DNA from: Arachidicoccus sp.
Lineage (GTDB): Bacteria > Bacteroidota > Bacteroidia > Chitinophagales > Chitinophagaceae
Direction of reading: 5' to 3'
NCBI RefSeq assembly: GCF_050436765.1
Contig: NZ_JBNQGD010000066.1
Location: 1,105-59,373, forward strand
Length of the DNA stretch: 58,269 bases
Part shown: one piece after another, positions 31,593-41,157 of the stretch
Layout: each line of letters begins with the position of its first letter
Position numbering within the stretch: position 1 is the stretch's first letter
Translations under genes and position numbers: made by a program
Notes under the pieces: model-generated
Told to the model about the DNA's origin: nothing
Database searches by the model: none
What the model saw: the letters and a program-made list of their open reading frames with translations, nothing else

Positions 31593-31769
31593 TTAATCAA
31601 GGGCATCATTTACCGTTGAGATACATGCCCCGGCAAATTGACTGGCATATTGTATGGCAATTTCTTCTTGACCACTTACTACGGCAACCACACCTAGAGC
31701 GCAAACTAATCCACTAAGCCAGCTTCCGCCTTCCACCATTTCCATTTGTTCCAAATTTAAAGTTTTCAT
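31593..31769 (-). CDS. Double-glycine leader peptide precursor (bacteriocin-like, 58 aa)
   Basis: Manual translation MKTLNLEQMEMVEGG|SWLSGLVCALGVVAVVSGQEEIAIQYASQFAGACISTVNDALD*. The 15-aa leader ends in GG and fits the L-x3-M-x2-V-x-GG pattern. First gene of the C39 transporter cluster; below the ORF-track cutoff. Confidence 0.9.
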   Translation of the reverse strand: MKTLNLEQMEMVEGGSWLSGLVCALGVVAVVSGQEEIAIQYASQFAGACISTVNDALD

Positions 31770-31978
31770 TTTGTAAAATTTTGTTGTTTAAAAAATGTTT
31801 ATTCCTGTACTTGTTGGTAGCTACATCAACACTGTACTTCTTTTGTTTTCTGTCCTTAGCTATGAGGCAGACGTACTTAAGATAAAACGCTCGCGGTTGC
31901 AGGCCGCTGGCATATTTCAATAGTGCTCTGCAAATATTTATGTAAATATTATGTGTTCCAAATTTTCACGCAACTTTT

Positions 31979-31997
31979 ATGTGCCTCACAGGCACAT
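31979..31997. promoter_or_regulatory. Palindromic operator candidate between the precursor gene and the XRE regulator
   Basis: ATGTGCCT-cac-AGGCACAT, flanked by CGCAAC (31969) and GTTGCG (32004). Confidence 0.55.
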
Positions 31998-32101
31998 TGT
32001 TTTGTTGCGAAATTTTCTTAAAGAAATTTGAATATGCAATAATAGTTATGTAATTTGTGCAAACGATAGGTCAATAAATTTTATTGTAAAATGCAACACT
32101 T

Positions 32102-32329
32102 ATGAGCTATACCTTAAGAGAAAAAGCGGGCGCTGCTTTGCAGGCCTTGCGCATAGAAAAGAATATCAAACAGGAAATTGTTGCCGCCAAACTGAACGTG
32201 AACCGTGCTACTGTTTCCAAAATAGAAAATGGGTTGTTGCCTGTTACCCTTGTCATAGTTGCAGCCTATAGAGAGGCATCGAATATATCAATATATGATG
32301 CAGCGCAACTAATAATGCCATTTTTATAA
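32102..32329 (+). CDS. XRE/Cro-family helix-turn-helix regulator
   Basis: LRIEKNIKQEIVAAKLNVNRATVSKIENG. Confidence 0.88.
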   Translation: MSYTLREKAGAALQALRIEKNIKQEIVAAKLNVNRATVSKIENGLLPVTLVIVAAYREASNISIYDAAQLIMPFL

Positions 32330-32519
32330 ACAGCGAGGTTTGTTTTATAATTCTCATCAAAACAGATGTGGATAAACTACTGCCATTCTCCCATCTTCTG
32401 CACAATTCCACTACCACAGCCTGCTTAAGAAAAGTATACCCTAACTTTATACGAATTTTAGTTTTTTATTTCCACTAAAGGCAAAGTATTTGTTTAACTT
32501 TCGAAGTAAATTTTCGTGC

Positions 32520-35500
32520 ATGAACCGATTAATAAAAGTATGGGGTGTTTCAGTATGTTTTACCATGTTGGCAACGCAACTGTTTGCACAAGCTACCAAA
32601 GCCAATAATGATCCCGATAACGAATATAAGCTTGCTAAAGAAATGTATTTGAAAGGTCAATATAGCCTGGCTTATCCAATTTTTAAAACTTTAAATTATA
32701 GCCATCCTTATGCTAAAAGTAATGTGCCGACTACACAAAATGTGGAGGCGGAATTTTATACTTTATCTTGTGGACTAATGCTTAATCAGGCTTCTGTTGA
32801 AAATGAAGCTATAGAGTTTATTCGTTATGAACACAGTACGCCGTTAATCCAAATGCTGGCTTATCAATTGGGTGAATATTATTTTAGAAAAGAAAAATTT
32901 ACGGAGGCGTTGGCTTATTATGAGAAAGCAGGAACAGCAAATCTTAAAAATAGTGAAGCCGCACAACTCAATTTTCATCAGGGATACAGCTATTTTACTT
33001 TACAACGCTTTGACAAGGCTGAGCCATTGTTCAATTCGATTCGTCAAATCCCTTCCAATCCTAATTATATAGACGCCAATTATTATTACGGCTTCATAGA
33101 ATTTTATAAAAAAAACTATGATGAAGCATTAAGTGCGTTGAAAATTGCCGAGCCTAATAGTTATTACAATAAAATCGTTCCTTATTATATTGCGGAAATT
33201 GAGTACTTCAAAGGCAATAAAGACGGAGCTCTTTCTTATGCACAACATGCGTTGGATGCAGGTGGTCAATATTATGAAACCAATTTGAAACAATTAGTAG
33301 GTCATATTTTGTTTGAGGAGAAAGAGTATGACAAAGCGTTACCTTATCTTGAAGATTACATTAGTAAAAGCGCCAAAGTAAAGCGTGAAGATTTATACGA
33401 ATTGTCTTATTGTTATTACGCTGCGAAACAATGGAATAAGGCCATTAACGGTTTTAAAGAACTAGGTGGAAGAGAAGATTCTCTGGCGCAGAACAGTATG
33501 TATCTTTTAGCGGATGCTTATTTGCGTACTGACCAAAAAGGGAATGCAAGAAATGCGTTTTTGTTTTGTTCTCTTAATAGTAGCAATTCTTCGCAGAAAG
33601 AAATTTCTTCTTTTAATTACGCGAAACTTTCCTACGAATTAGGATATCAAGATGTGGCGCTTAACGGATTAAAAAAATTTATTGCTGAGTATCCTTCTTC
33701 TGCTTACAATTCTGAAGCGAAAGAGTTATTGGTTGCAGTTTTATCAAACACTAATAATTACAAAGATGCTTTAAAGATTATAAGTGAAATTGGTGCCCGC
33801 AGTGAGTTGGTTCAACGTGCTTATCCGCGCATTCTATACGGACGTGCTGTAGAGTTGGTGAATGATCAAAGTATGTCACAGGCCGCAGAAATGATAAATA
33901 ATATTTTCAATTTGCCCTATAATCAACAAGAGATACAGCCGGCTTATTTTTGGAAAGGAGAAATTGCTTATCGTCAACAAAGTTATCAAGAAGCTATAAG
34001 TGCGCTGGATTTTTATTTACAGGATCCTCAAACTTATGGAGACGTGAATGCCATGGATGCATATTATACTTTGGGGTATGCATATATGCGTACAAACAAC
34101 TACGGAAAAGCACTTGATGCGTTTAGACATATCGCAATAAGCGCTGATGCGTCGTCAAATGATGTGCAAAAAGATGCTTACTTGCGTGAAGCGGATTGCT
34201 ATTTTATGCAAAAGAATTATCAGCAGGCATCTCAAATTTATGATGATATTATTCAGAAAGAATTACCTTCTGCCGATTATGCTTACTACCAAAAGGCTAT
34301 TATCGCGGGTGCATATGGAAGAGTTGCTGATAAGGTGGCTTATTTACAAGCTTTTGACCAAAAGTACAAAAACTCTTCCCTGGCCGTTGAAGCCAACTTG
34401 CAGATGGCCGGTGCATATATGGCTAGTGAAAACTTTTCAAATGCAATTGATCCTTTACAAAAGGTAATTAACTCCAATGATAATGCCTTGAAACCTGACG
34501 CGTATTTGAATTTGGGGGTTGCATATTTTAATATGAATAACGACGAAGCATCGCTGAACAGTTTTCAAAAGCTCATTTCGACCTACCCCAATTCAGAGCA
34601 AAGCGATCAAGCGTTGGCATATGTCAGAAATATTTTTGTAAATCAAAATAAACCTGACGAATATGTGACATTTATGCAAAAAAATGGTAAAACGGTTAGT
34701 TATTCGGAGCAAGACTCTCTAAGCTATATAACTGCGTTTCGTCAATACGGCAGCGAAGATTTTGCAGGCGCTCAAAAAAGCTTTGAAAGTTATTTGACTG
34801 AATTTCCTCAAGGGAAAAATAGTATTGATGCGAATTTTTATCTCGCGGAATTATATAATCAACAAAAAGATTATCCAAACGCTTTAAAGTATTATGAAGC
34901 AGTTGCAGCAAAAGCGCCTAATATATTTGCCGAGAAATCTACGTTGCAAGCTGCTCGAATCAATTATTTCCAGTTAGACGATTTTACGAACGCTGAACAA
35001 TATTATAAACAATTAAAAAATATTGCGACTTCTTCAGACAATAAATTGGAAAGTATGCGTGGATTGTTACGTTGCCAGTATAAATTGCAGCAATGGGCGG
35101 ATGCCGATGCGAATGCGAAGGAATTGTTGCAACAAAAAGGTATTGCTGCTGATGACCAGCAAATGTCCAATATTATTATCGCAAAAAATCTGCAAGCGAG
35201 CGGTAACAATGAAGAAGCAATGGCAGATTTTAAAAAGGTCTATGCTATTGGCAAATCTGAATTTGCCGCTGAAGCCAGATATCGTGTAGCTGAAATATTG
35301 TATAATGATGCGCAATATAAATCGGCAGAAAGTGCCGCTTTTGACGTGATAAATAAAGCAGGTTCCTATGACTTATGGATTACTAAGTCTTACATCTTGC
35401 TGGGTGATATTTATTTAAAGGAGAAAGACTTATTTAATGCTGAAGCGACGTTGAAAAGTGTAGTAGATAATGCGACAAATGATAGTTTAAAAGTTGAAGC

Positions 35501-35561
35501 ACAGCAAAAGCTGGATACGGTATTATCTCTAAAAGAAAAGAAGAGTAAAATAAATAATTGA
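32520..35561 (+). CDS. Large exported tetratricopeptide-repeat protein
   Basis: Signal peptide ending LFA|Q; many TPR units (AYYTLGYAY, AYLNLGVAYF). Start at ATG 32520. Confidence 0.88.
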   Translation: MNRLIKVWGVSVCFTMLATQLFAQATKANNDPDNEYKLAKEMYLKGQYSLAYPIFKTLNYSHPYAKSNVPTTQNVEAEFYTLSCGLMLNQASVENEAIEFIRYEHSTPLIQMLAYQLGEYYFRKEKFTEALAYYEKAGTANLKNSEAAQLNFHQGYSYFTLQRFDKAEPLFNSIRQIPSNPNYIDANYYYGFIEFYKKNYDEALSALKIAEPNSYYNKIVPYYIAEIEYFKGNKDGALSYAQHALDAGGQYYETNLKQLVGHILFEEKEYDKALPYLEDYISKSAKVKREDLYELSYCYYAAKQWNKAINGFKELGGREDSLAQNSMYLLADAYLRTDQKGNARNAFLFCSLNSSNSSQKEISSFNYAKLSYELGYQDVALNGLKKFIAEYPSSAYNSEAKELLVAVLSNTNNYKDALKIISEIGARSELVQRAYPRILYGRAVELVNDQSMSQAAEMINNIFNLPYNQQEIQPAYFWKGEIAYRQQSYQEAISALDFYLQDPQTYGDVNAMDAYYTLGYAYMRTNNYGKALDAFRHIAISADASSNDVQKDAYLREADCYFMQKNYQQASQIYDDIIQKELPSADYAYYQKAIIAGAYGRVADKVAYLQAFDQKYKNSSLAVEANLQMAGAYMASENFSNAIDPLQKVINSNDNALKPDAYLNLGVAYFNMNNDEASLNSFQKLISTYPNSEQSDQALAYVRNIFVNQNKPDEYVTFMQKNGKTVSYSEQDSLSYITAFRQYGSEDFAGAQKSFESYLTEFPQGKNSIDANFYLAELYNQQKDYPNALKYYEAVAAKAPNIFAEKSTLQAARINYFQLDDFTNAEQYYKQLKNIATSSDNKLESMRGLLRCQYKLQQWADADANAKELLQQKGIAADDQQMSNIIIAKNLQASGNNEEAMADFKKVYAIGKSEFAAEARYRVAEILYNDAQYKSAESAAFDVINKAGSYDLWITKSYILLGDIYLKEKDLFNAEATLKSVVDNATNDSLKVEAQQKLDTVLSLKEKKSKINN

Positions 35562-35610
35562 GCCCACGGAAACAATAACAAAAGTGTATAATATTTTAAG
35601 CAAAATTTGC

Positions 35611-37413
35611 ATGAAAAATAAATTCAATCAAGTGTCTTTGAAGAATCTATGTAAGCTGCGAGGCTTGAGATTAGTGGCGTTGATATTGACCATATTGCTA
35701 GGTATTAGTAGTTTGCAAGCACAAAGCAACCGCCGTACAAGGCATAAAATTAAACATCCGGCTAAGAAGCATAGTGTTGTTAAAAGGCATACATCTGTTG
35801 CGGCTAAAACTTCCGCGCAAAAGAGTGATACGACAGCAATTCCAGCTGCTATTACCAATAGAAACTTTACGGTGACGTCGGCATTTACACCGAGTTTGCG
35901 GGACGCTTCTAAAATTAATTTTAGTTCGACTACGGCATTACCCTCACCCGAAAAGATTCCTTTAAATTATAATGTGCCTGCGCAGAATTTATCTTTTACT
36001 TATCAGCCGGCTTACTTGCGTCCATTGGCTGCAAACATAGATACTTCTTCTGTTTGGAGAAATGCAGATTTTGTGAAACTTGGTTATGGAAATTACGCTA
36101 CGCCATATCTTGAAGGTGGATTTTCTTTCGGTGATGGATATAACTCGGCCATTACTTTGCATGCTAAACATGTTTCTTCGAAGGGTAATTTACCATTGCA
36201 GCAATTTTCTAAGACGGGTATCGATGCGAGTGGGATATTTGCTTTAGGTGAAAAAAATGAATTTGAGGCGCGTGCCTATTTTGATCGAAACAATCAATAT
36301 GAATATGCGGATCTGATCCCGGGTATTCATTATGATAAAGACAGCTTGCGTCGCCGCTATAAGGATGTGGGTGTAAAAATTGGGTTAAGCAATAAAACAA
36401 AAAATACTGCGGCTCTTGACTATCATCCAACACTTTCAATTGATGCTTTTTCGGGTAATAGAGGGGAGCATGAGTCCACTTTAGTTATTGATGCGCCGTT
36501 CGAGAAAAAAATTAGTAAAACATTTAATGCGAAATTGGGTGTTACAGCAAATATTTCGAGTTATAAAGCAGATACATCGACAGTCAATAATCACTTAGTA
36601 TATCTGAGTCCATCGATAGAAATAAATCGTCCAGACTTTAAGTTCAATGTGGGTGTTATACCTTCTTTCGATAACAGTAGTTTTCATTTGCTACCCAATA
36701 TTTCATTAGATGCGAAACTACGTGATGAACGTTTTATAGTGCAAGCAGGTTGGATAGGTTATTATAATGCCAATACCTATCGTTCTTTGGCTTCCTATAA
36801 TCCTTGGATTGAAGTGCCAGGTAATTTTTATAACACACGTGTTGTGGAGGCGTATGGCGGATTTAAGGGAGCTGCAGGAGATCATTTTACCTATAATGCG
36901 AGAGCTTCCTACCTTAATCTAAAGAACATGCCTTTGTTTTTAAATAATATAGCTGGATCTCATGAATTTGAGGTTTTGAATGAATCGAAATTGAATGATT
37001 TTCGCCTTCATGGTGAACTCGGCTACAATGCGAAGGAAGATTTCTCTTTATTAGTTGGTCTTACAATGAATAATTATACTGGACTAAAAGATAATGCGCA
37101 ACCTTGGGGGCTGGTTCCTATTGAGTTGACAGGATCCTTGCATTGGAATATATTGAAAAACTTATTACTCAAAAGCGATATTTCAATAGGTAATGGCGCT
37201 CAATACATAGATGCAAGTAGTGAGAAGCAACGATTGAAAGGGGCAGCTGACTGGAATCTAGGTGCGGAGTGGCATTTAGTTAAGAATTGGGATTTGTGGT
37301 TGCAAGTAAATAACTTGCTGAACAATAAATACCAACGATGGGTTAACTATCCAGTATTGGGAACTAATGTCTTGGGCGGTATTATCTTTAATTTTGGAGA
37401 TCTAAAAAAATAA
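35611..37413 (+). CDS. Outer-membrane beta-barrel protein (TonB-dependent receptor-like), partner of the TPR protein
   Basis: Signal peptide, alternating beta-strand pattern, NNLLNNKYQRW and terminal GGIIFNF; start uncertain. Confidence 0.7.
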   Translation: MKNKFNQVSLKNLCKLRGLRLVALILTILLGISSLQAQSNRRTRHKIKHPAKKHSVVKRHTSVAAKTSAQKSDTTAIPAAITNRNFTVTSAFTPSLRDASKINFSSTTALPSPEKIPLNYNVPAQNLSFTYQPAYLRPLAANIDTSSVWRNADFVKLGYGNYATPYLEGGFSFGDGYNSAITLHAKHVSSKGNLPLQQFSKTGIDASGIFALGEKNEFEARAYFDRNNQYEYADLIPGIHYDKDSLRRRYKDVGVKIGLSNKTKNTAALDYHPTLSIDAFSGNRGEHESTLVIDAPFEKKISKTFNAKLGVTANISSYKADTSTVNNHLVYLSPSIEINRPDFKFNVGVIPSFDNSSFHLLPNISLDAKLRDERFIVQAGWIGYYNANTYRSLASYNPWIEVPGNFYNTRVVEAYGGFKGAAGDHFTYNARASYLNLKNMPLFLNNIAGSHEFEVLNESKLNDFRLHGELGYNAKEDFSLLVGLTMNNYTGLKDNAQPWGLVPIELTGSLHWNILKNLLLKSDISIGNGAQYIDASSEKQRLKGAADWNLGAEWHLVKNWDLWLQVNNLLNNKYQRWVNYPVLGTNVLGGIIFNFGDLKK

Positions 37414-37423
37414 TCATTTTGCA

Positions 37424-37981
37424 ATGAAAGCACTGCTTCATTATTTCCTAGTACAAAATAAAATAGTATCTATCCCTAATGTGGGCAGTATATCAATTGT
37501 GACTAAAAATGCGGCAGATGATTTTGTTGCTAAAAAAATTGCCCCCCCAGCATACAATCTGCTTTTTAAAGAAGAAAATGATGCTATGGCCGAGATTGCT
37601 TTTGTTCAGTATGCTATACACGAGTTAGAGGTGTCAGAAGCCATAGTGAAGAGTTTTCTTCGTGATCTTGATGATGAATTTAAAACCACTAATCGCTTAA
37701 ATATTGATGGAATTGGCGTTATAGCCAAAGAGAATGGATATTATAACTTTCAATCTCATGACTATTTTCAATATTATTTTCCCATAGAAGTTGATCGTGT
37801 CGTACATGCCGACGCCGTACACGCAGTTAGAGTTGGAGAAGAAGAAAAAAGCAGTACAGAAATGCGTGCATTATTATCCAAAGAAAAATCGAAAAGTCAT
37901 TGGTGGGTGTATGTGTTGGTAATATTGTTATTTCTGGCCGGTTGCAGCTATATGTATTACTATTATTTTTATCAGAAATAA
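37424..37981 (+). CDS. HU-CCDC81-like domain protein with C-terminal TM anchor
   Basis: VSIPNVGSI and LNIDGIGVI HU-like repeats; C-terminal hydrophobic helix. Confidence 0.55.
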   Translation: MKALLHYFLVQNKIVSIPNVGSISIVTKNAADDFVAKKIAPPAYNLLFKEENDAMAEIAFVQYAIHELEVSEAIVKSFLRDLDDEFKTTNRLNIDGIGVIAKENGYYNFQSHDYFQYYFPIEVDRVVHADAVHAVRVGEEEKSSTEMRALLSKEKSKSHWWVYVLVILLFLAGCSYMYYYYFYQK

Positions 37982-38128
37982 GTGGTATGGTATCTAAGTA
38001 GGGTAACTGTTTTGATTGTTGTATTGTCTTAAATCGAAATTCATTCCGCGAAACCATCCATCAGCTCACGTTGATATGAAGTTTTAAAAAAGGAATAATA
38101 AAGTCACTCCTATGGCAATTTGAGAAAA

Positions 38129-40153
38129 TCAATACTCATCGCTATCATCAAAGACAACATTTCCTCCTTTTCCAAATATGCGTAAAGCGATTTCTTTACC
38201 GACATTTTCCGGCGTAGAGAAAACCAGTTTGCTGTTATTGACAACTTGCAAATTATTACTGCTTTTTACATTAATCGTTGCCTGATATTTATCGCCTCTT
38301 CTTTCGAAATAAATAGATACTACCGGTACAACTCCATTATTCGTCCAATTTATATTTGTTTTTGTTAATTGGGAAGTAATGTATTCCGTTGTTGCATCCT
38401 CAATGCCACCTGTTTGCAACCGCATGGAAATTTCTATATTGGAAAAAGGGATTAACTGCGGATAAGTTTCTAAAAGCAAATTGTTGTAGAATGATCGGCT
38501 GTATTGGTTCTTAAACTTTTTATATGTTCTGGATGCAGCTTCATACAAGCGGCCCAGGAATAATTTTTCATTCTGAGTATCCAGTTTTGTATTAGATAAA
38601 ATATTTTCTAATTCCTCCCGTGCAGTTTTATAGCGACCATCTTCATAATTAAATTTTGCTTCAAATAATTTGAAATAGCGCTGTATGTTGGCTCGTTTAT
38701 CTGTTGTTTGATAATTGTGGTATTTTTGAGCGAAAAATTTGGGATTAAAATCTTTCATTAAAAACCATGCTTCATCAAATGTAGTAGTAGATTCCGAACA
38801 AAATAAATCATACACCATTCTGCTTCGATCTGGGTTATATGCTAACTCTATACAGGTATTGTATTCGGCCATTAATTTTTGCCATTTTAATTTTGCCATT
38901 TTAAATAATGTGGTAGGGGAATACCACCAGTTGCTATGCAAAAATTTCAATTCATCAATTTTTCTGTCCAATAAATTCACACGCAAAAGATTGATGGTGA
39001 ATTCATATTGTTCCTGCGTTAGGGTTGTACCAATATGCAGTTCTTTAAAATCGGCTGCTTTATTTAAAGCATTTTCTGCACTATCCAATTGATCGTTGTA
39101 CATGTAAGATCGACTAAGCGCAATGTTGTACCAGCCAAATCCCGGGCGCGAACCATTTTGTTGGATAATACGATTGCTGAGGTTTATGGCGTCCTCCGTG
39201 CGACCCGCATAAATATAGAGTTGTGGCAAATAATAATAAGGTTCTTTTAAAATATTCTCTCCTCCGTAACTAATGCCAAGGTCGCGTTTAAAAAAAGTTT
39301 GCGCATTGGCAAAATTGCCAATTTCAGTTTGAAAACCTGCATAATTATTCCAGGAGATCATTCCATATTGGGCTAAAATATTATAGTAATAGAAGCTGCT
39401 ATCGTAGTTTTTGTTGTAGCAATGTAGTAGCGCGAGATAATGATAAATCTGCAAATCGTCCGCCAATGCTTGATTTTCGCCAAACCATTCGTCATTTATT
39501 TTTTTATTCTGATTGATAAATGCTAAACCCTCATAACAATATTTGAACGCCATTCTTTCGTTTGCGCTTACAGAATTTTTTAAGAAAGGATATTTGGCAG
39601 AAGTGAAAATGCGGTTACGGTGATAAGTCCAGGCGCGATGATAGTAAAGTCCAAAGAAATCTTTTTTAAAATGATAAGTAGCAATATGATTGAGTAATGA
39701 CATTACAGAATCAGGCATTTCAATATTATCGTAACATTCTTTTAGCGCATTGCAAATACTATAATAATCCTGAAAGCGATTGTAGTTCTCTGTTAAATAA
39801 TCAAGATTTGAAAACATGTTCTTCAACATAGGATTAAAATCTTTTTCCATTAAATTTTTTGCTTTCAGCAAAATCGGTATGGCATTCTGATATCCTAAAT
39901 AATCTGCGCTGTGATTATACTTGTAATAGCCTTCTAATAAATAACCGACATAATAGGTGCTGTCAACACGCTCGAACTCTCTACCTCTCGGTAATGCATC
40001 ATCATCAGTAAGCTCTATGCCTCGTCGCTTTGCATCGATTTCATAACGAAGCGCCTCATTTTTTTGAGCAATTGCATGCTGCAAAATAGGGAGTATCAAA
40101 AAAAGTAAAAGTATTTTTTTGATCCACGGCTGATAAGGCTTACTTGCTAACAT
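38129..40153 (-). CDS. Exported alpha-helical/TPR-like hypothetical protein
   Basis: Signal peptide ending AIA|Q, Tyr-rich helical repeats; overlaps the MoxR stop by 1 nt. Confidence 0.7.
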   Translation of the reverse strand: MLASKPYQPWIKKILLLFLILPILQHAIAQKNEALRYEIDAKRRGIELTDDDALPRGREFERVDSTYYVGYLLEGYYKYNHSADYLGYQNAIPILLKAKNLMEKDFNPMLKNMFSNLDYLTENYNRFQDYYSICNALKECYDNIEMPDSVMSLLNHIATYHFKKDFFGLYYHRAWTYHRNRIFTSAKYPFLKNSVSANERMAFKYCYEGLAFINQNKKINDEWFGENQALADDLQIYHYLALLHCYNKNYDSSFYYYNILAQYGMISWNNYAGFQTEIGNFANAQTFFKRDLGISYGGENILKEPYYYLPQLYIYAGRTEDAINLSNRIIQQNGSRPGFGWYNIALSRSYMYNDQLDSAENALNKAADFKELHIGTTLTQEQYEFTINLLRVNLLDRKIDELKFLHSNWWYSPTTLFKMAKLKWQKLMAEYNTCIELAYNPDRSRMVYDLFCSESTTTFDEAWFLMKDFNPKFFAQKYHNYQTTDKRANIQRYFKLFEAKFNYEDGRYKTAREELENILSNTKLDTQNEKLFLGRLYEAASRTYKKFKNQYSRSFYNNLLLETYPQLIPFSNIEISMRLQTGGIEDATTEYITSQLTKTNINWTNNGVVPVVSIYFERRGDKYQATINVKSSNNLQVVNNSKLVFSTPENVGKEIALRIFGKGGNVVFDDSDEY

Positions 40154-41148
40154 TATTTGTTGCCCAAGTTTAATTTACTCAATCTGTTCATCTCTGCTTC
40201 TACGATAAGCGATAATAATTTTTGTTTCGCTTCTTTATTGCGATAAGTAATACGATGATCGAGCACCGAATGTGCTAGTTTTTGCAAGTCATCTTCTGTT
40301 ACAAAATCCCTTCCATTAACGAGCGCGAAGGCTTTTAAACATTTCAAAAAGGTTATGCCACTTCTTGTGGAAGCTCCTAATACTATTTCGTCACTCTCCC
40401 GTGTGGCTACTACAATATTGCGTACGGCTTTCATCAATTCAGGATGTATAAAAATCCCCTGAGCTGTTTGTTGAAGCAATAAAATTTCATCGACACTCAG
40501 CACTCGATCTATTAATTCTTGATTTCTTTGGATGGAGACGTAGTTTTCATAAATAGAAAGCTCGGTTACTCCATCTACATATCCAAAGTGTATTTTCATG
40601 AAAAATCTATCCAGTTGCGCAGCTGGCAAGGGATACGTCCCTTCCATTTCTATTGGGTTTTGGGTAGCGATAGTAAAGAATAATTTCTCCAATGGATAGG
40701 TAGATTCTCCAACGGTGATTTGATTTTCGGCCATACATTCTAGCAGTGCAGATTGAACTTTCGGTGATGCCCGATTTATTTCGTCGGCGAGTAAGACATT
40801 GCAAAATAGGGGTCCTTTTTTGAATATAAAGTCTTTCTTTTCCTCATCAAAAATATGGGTGCCAATCAAGTCCATTGGCAATAAATCGGGGGTGAATTGA
40901 ATACGTTTAAAAACAGCTAATTTATCGCCTATGTTTGCTGTTATGCTATGTGCCAAAGTCTTAGCCATTACAGTTTTTCCGGTTCCTGGGTTATCTTCCA
41001 TCAACACATGTCCGCCCGCGATAAGCGCAGTGGCTATCAATTGGATTTGTGAGCGTTTACCTCTAATTACTTTTTCTACATTGTTTATAAGTTTTTGAAT
41101 ATGTTCAATGCTTGTGTTAAGGTTTACGGATGTGGATGTGTTTTCCAT
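40153..41148 (-). CDS. MoxR-family AAA+ ATPase
   Basis: PGTGKT, RIQFTPDLLP, LLADEINRA and ATQNPIEMEGTYPLPAAQLDRF. Confidence 0.95.
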   Translation of the reverse strand: MENTSTSVNLNTSIEHIQKLINNVEKVIRGKRSQIQLIATALIAGGHVLMEDNPGTGKTVMAKTLAHSITANIGDKLAVFKRIQFTPDLLPMDLIGTHIFDEEKKDFIFKKGPLFCNVLLADEINRASPKVQSALLECMAENQITVGESTYPLEKLFFTIATQNPIEMEGTYPLPAAQLDRFFMKIHFGYVDGVTELSIYENYVSIQRNQELIDRVLSVDEILLLQQTAQGIFIHPELMKAVRNIVVATRESDEIVLGASTRSGITFLKCLKAFALVNGRDFVTEDDLQKLAHSVLDHRITYRNKEAKQKLLSLIVEAEMNRLSKLNLGNK

Positions 41149-41157
41149 ATTTTTTGT

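Noticed and set aside
31714-31920. 68-aa ORF ending ...GTNGNGGGRRKLA as the peptide precursor
   Set aside because: It overlaps the true precursor in another frame; only 31593-31769 has a proper double-glycine leader.
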